Shown here one piece after another: positions 59,341-64,000 of a DNA stretch of 64,000 bases. The stretch is from Raillietiella orientalis. Its lineage: Eukaryota. Made by a program: the position numbers and the translations under genes. Positions within the stretch are counted from its first letter, which is position 1. Every line of letters starts with the position of its first letter. The stretch is taken from assembly GCA_036172245.1 (NCBI GenBank), contig JAYWIR010000016.1:1-64000 (forward strand), given 5' to 3'. Under the pieces are notes generated by a model. That model was given only the letters and a program-made list of their open reading frames with translations. It was not told the DNA's origin and did not search any database.

Positions 59341-60286
59341 GCTGTACACTACCGGAGCAGGCTATTGGGTTGAAGTACCAAGTAATCGCGGAACCTTTAG
59401 TCCTCTATCTATAAACACGGCCCACAACTACTTCACGCAGGGAAGCCAACCCATTCCTCGACCACGTTTTACCGATTCCTCATTAGCGCTCCTAAAAACG
59501 CAAAACTCCGGGATGGGCTCAAGTTGCTCCCGGTTTTTCGACTCGTATCTACACATCGAAATCGAATGCATTGCAGGGCTTTGTTCTAAAGAAATGTGTA
59601 CATAATTCATAGAAAGAACACCTAGGCACATCTTCAGGCAGACACGAGGATTGACGGTCGTCCGTTAGCTTCACTTTAATGTACATCTGAATCATTCGAT
59701 TGCCTTAATGGACAATGTCCGGTAGTTGATAGAATCTTAACAAGCTATCCATGAATTCCATTAACGCAATAAAAAAAACATTTACTTTTATTATGCAAGC
59801 TCGAGATAAGCATTCTGTTAACGTAAAGTGGGCAGGGTGAGCACTCCCACAATCAAACCAGTGGCTCAGAACAAAACACTTAGAATTCGTATCTGAATTA
59901 CATGTCGAATTTCTTCCAAGAGGGGCACACGGTCGTGAATGCCCTTTTTTTTTTTTTTTTCTTAGAGAGAGACATGATTCCGAGACGTTCTTCTTCATTA
60001 CTAGCAATTCGTAGCACAACCGTGAATGAAGGCAGGAAAGGAATTTCATACAGACAGAGTGCGGGACACGACCTGATCTTCTGAGGATGGAAAGCTTTCT
60101 GTACATTTCGAGTATACCCTCGGAAACGAGAAAACACCCACAGGAAACGGGAATTCTCACGCAGCAAAGGAAAAACGGTTTTTCTCTCTCTCTCTCTCCC
60201 TTCAGCACCGTTTCATTATTATTAGCATAATGGCATTAAGAACCTGCACACTTCATTTTGGCGGATTCGTTTAAGCGTTATCCCAG

Positions 60287-60770
60287 CTCTCAGACAGACT
60301 GCTGAAGCTGTGAAGATGATGGATCAGTTCAACGAGCATTTATGGTGCAATTCCAGATGACAGAGTAGTCGAGTGCCCCATAATTTGTAGGCACAACTCT
60401 GCGAAGTAACCCACGATCTCTTCCCGACTTCATTAAGTGAGGCATGTGCTCCGTGTCACTACGAGACGGCTGGAAGACTTCAGCAAGCAGTAAATATGCC
60501 AATTTGATTTCAAGGTAAGACATGGCAATGATTGCAAAAGACCAACGGTGGAGATTTATGCCGCTCCCTACTACCAGACTAACGCTCAGTCACGTTACTT
60601 TGAAGCCACACAAACATTTGTGTTGAAACAGATTCTTCGATCTCTTCTTTCCTTGATATTCACAGATTCAGGGGTGCTGTACCAGGGTGTCCTTTCCATG
60701 CTCACTGGAGGATTTACATGCAAATGCACAATACGAGACGTATCGAGACATTCCTTGGTAGTACAATAAA
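60287..60770 (+). ncRNA. Candidate spliced, apparently non-coding plus-strand exons 60287-60514 and 60666-~60790
   Basis: Donor AAG|gtaaga, acceptor with pyrimidine tract ttcacag|, and AATAAA at 60765. The first exon has stops in all frames. Confidence 0.4.
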
Positions 60771-63700
60771 GATGTTGATCGGATCATGTATTGCACGATA
60801 AACATAAGACCAGGGCTCCAAAGGTCACTATCTACAACAAATTTAACAGCTAGATTAAAGGCATTATCTATAATAAATTGCATTAACATTCCTTTCACCT
60901 CCCCTTCACAAGGCTTGAATGTGTGTCCAAACCATGCTATTCTGTAACATCATTTGTTCGTATTTGCTCAACAGCCTCATGCTTTAAAATTGAAAGCCTT
61001 TTAAAAAAGGGGGAGCACAAAACGAAAGGCTTCAACCCAACAGAGACTGCTGACCCAAAAAGTTATTGGCAAACTCGTTCAAATGGCTGTGGCACTTTTC
61101 CTCCTGTTTGCTTAATTAACACAAAAAAAGAAATAGCCTGCTAATCATTAGCCTGTGAATTAAAACAAGAATAATAAAAACCTGTGTTACACTTGCAGAA
61201 TGGGACAAAAAGCTTGAGAAATCTTTTCATTTCGTCAGATTTGCACAATATTACCAGGGAACTGCCCAAACAGGTATTTATTGTATAAAAGAAAAAAGAA
61301 GAAAAACGGATCGGGCAGAGAATAAAACAGAGTTTATAGGTAAACCCAATTAAATGAGTACTTTTTGCAGTTAAACCTAGAGAGTAATTCGGGGCTTGGT
61401 TTAAAAATAGTTGAGCTACAGTTATTCAGTACAAAATCAAACTCCTTATGCTATCAATTATGTTATATTACTAACTAGATTCGAAAATAAAAAATATGAA
61501 GCCATAAAAATCGCTGTTTACCTTAAAAATAGGGCTTTTATCATGCATACAAAAAAAAGGGATGAAAATTTCTGATTTCACAAACGTGATTTTTGTGGTT
61601 TTGAGATTAAAAGCTTTTCTATACTGCAAATTTTAATCTTTAATGACACAATACTATCAGGTACTTCACTTCTGTGATATAGCATCTGTATAGCAAATAT
61701 ACATTCAAACCACCTACATGAATTCAAGGAGCAGATAACTGGGCGACACACATATTGGATTAGGAAGGAGATATGAAGATGGCTATGGAGAAGGTTAGTG
61801 TAGGAGAAGAAAGGCAATGAAGTAATCATGAATACACAGGGTAAGTTACAGATAACTGGAAAGGTATTTGGGAAACATCCAGAACTGGCAATTGTTGAAC
61901 AAGGAATAGTGTTTCCATTCTATTCTGAATTTTGAATTAATCCAGGTATTTTAAGATTATCAAGCTAGTAGTAAGTAATATTCAGAAGATTGCAGTGCTT
62001 GTGACAATAGAAGTGAAGGGAACAAAAGTAGGTATCCAATGTGTTTCTACCTTATGCTTTTCTCAGCATAATTTAGAATCTTTGTGTGTACTTTATGTAC
62101 TGCAATTATAATTTCTGATGCAGGAATGGTATGCAAAAGAGCCCATACAAATAAGAATTTAATTTCAAAGAGATCAAGACATAATCAAAAAATATCAATG
62201 AAAACTGCATTGTACAAACAGGCAGAATATAAAACACCTCAGAACTGAAAATTTATAAATATTGAAACTGACACATATGTACAGCACTCTACAGCAATCA
62301 AGTTAAACCTTAGATGTCCCTCCAATGACTTAAAATGATTTTTTTGAAAAGTACTTAGTAAAAGTTCCCTTGAAGATGTTAGAAAGTAATTTCAGATTTG
62401 AAGGCAGGATGCACTTTAATCAATTATTATGTAAACACAATAAAATGTGTTTGAAATACCTATGTTCTATGAATCCAAAAAGATAGCAATAATGCTCTAA
62501 TTAAGAGCTCTAAGGCAATTCCTGGAGATTCAATTCCTTATGCACGTTCTGTGACTTTACTGAGGTTCTCATATATTCAGAGTCTTGAGATCCATGATTA
62601 CTTTCTTCTTTGTCAATGCACATAATGCAAAACAGTCATTAAGAATGTAACTGGAATAAAAGTAAATGATAAACCTTGCTCTGTGAGAGCACAAAAGGAA
62701 TTAAAATAAAAATGAGGGAATAAAATAAAATGAAATCCTGAGATGAAGAATGCCTTATTCTTTATAAAAGAACCAAACATGTTGCCTTGTTTAATGCTTC
62801 AAATTAAGAATCATTAACAATCAACACCAAATAACTTCAGGAGAATAAATAGGATCTTTTCAGATGCAACTTCCTGATACTGCAACCCAGAATACATTTG
62901 CTTTATATGCTTATTAGAATTTCTTGTTGAAATGAAATGAAATGCCTCCTTCATTGCAATATTTTTTAAAAATGTCCGAGAGTAAACAAAACTTTTAATT
63001 CTGCATTTAAAAAGATAGTTCATATACAAGATATCTGCAATCAGTCTCAATATTTTGCATCACCATGTAGGATTTGTCTAATAAATAGGAGAGTATCATT
63101 TCTCATAGCTCTTTAAAAACCTCATTTTCTAAATATTTTTCTGCTAGTGCACATCACTAGTTCTCTAACGTTTGCTTTGCTTGGGCTCACTTATAGAGAA
63201 TCGATAAATAAATGAAATAAAGTGGTAGTGCATATTTCTATGTACAAATGGATTGATTTCAAGCTAATCACGAACAATTATCCAAAATTTGTATTCCATA
63301 ATGAAATGAAAACAAATATTGGTCTTTCCTGTTTTCTAGAGCAAATTAGCAAAAAACCAAGCTCTCCATACTTTCAAACGTTGTGGTTACTTGGTTATGG
63401 TTTTCCTATGCCTACGTGACCATGTTGTCCACACTTTGTTTACTAACCCTCAAACAAAACATTTTGTTCTGAATAGATTTCCCTTCGAACTAAACTGCTG
63501 CTGATCAAATTTTTCTGCTATGTACAAATGAATGTGCCAGAAAAAAAAAAAAAGAGTCAAACATTCTGAGGTTGATGCAATGAAGTTTCAGTCGTGGGTT
63601 TCAGAAAGCTGCCAAAAATGAAAGCCCCCTCCAAAACGCTAGAAAGGGGAACAGCACAAGAACACAAAGGCATTTCGAATCAACTACCTTTCTTTTGGCA

Positions 63701-64000
63701 TGGAAACTGCGTCTGGGGATTAAACTTACAAATTACCTGTTTTTTGGATTGTTTAAAATGATATTTCGAATACCATTTGAATCGGTGACCTTTGTGAGGA
63801 ACCTTTTTGCCCAAATCCATGGCTTACTACATTTTGTTGTGCTGAAGGTGCTGCAAATGGCTTTCTGCATATTCGTATGTGTGGCAGCAAACTTGCAGTG
63901 GCAAAACTCGAACTTGCCAAAGTCACTTTTGCAATTTCTCGGTTGGTGTATTTATTTTCTAATTACACGTTCTTTCCTTTTTCTTTCCGAAGCACACAGA

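Overview
This is eukaryotic (metazoan, probably invertebrate) genomic DNA with spliceosomal introns. No bacterial operons, CRISPR arrays, rRNA or recognisable tRNA were found. The only securely identified protein-coding gene is an ECHDC3-like enoyl-CoA hydratase/crotonase on the minus strand: five phase-consistent exons from 53503 to 47727, with a poly(A) signal at 47581-47586. Its 5' end is ambiguous, and I found no exon with the canonical 'GIRxIxLxxPxKR' segment. The region holding its candidate first exons (~56390-57030) has a diverged direct copy about 55 kb away (~1040-1340 plus ~2950-3160). That copy belongs to a separate minus-strand spliced unit that runs off the left edge. Between the two copies is a ~44 kb very GC/CpG-rich block with no recognisable coding exon; the long ORF-track ORFs there look like GC shadow ORFs. 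The block starts at a bidirectional-looking promoter (~3.2-4.1 kb). It contains many RFX X-box-like and CACGTG motifs, nested inverted repeats, an AT-rich island with splice signals, hairpins and a U12-type 5' splice motif (25.2-27.3 kb), a second structured island (42.3-42.7 kb), and a perfect 63-bp dimeric minisatellite. A CRE-containing promoter near 59.3 kb appears to be flanked by divergent non-coding exon-like segments. The AT-rich flanks look CpG-depleted. All alignments and compositions were done by eye.
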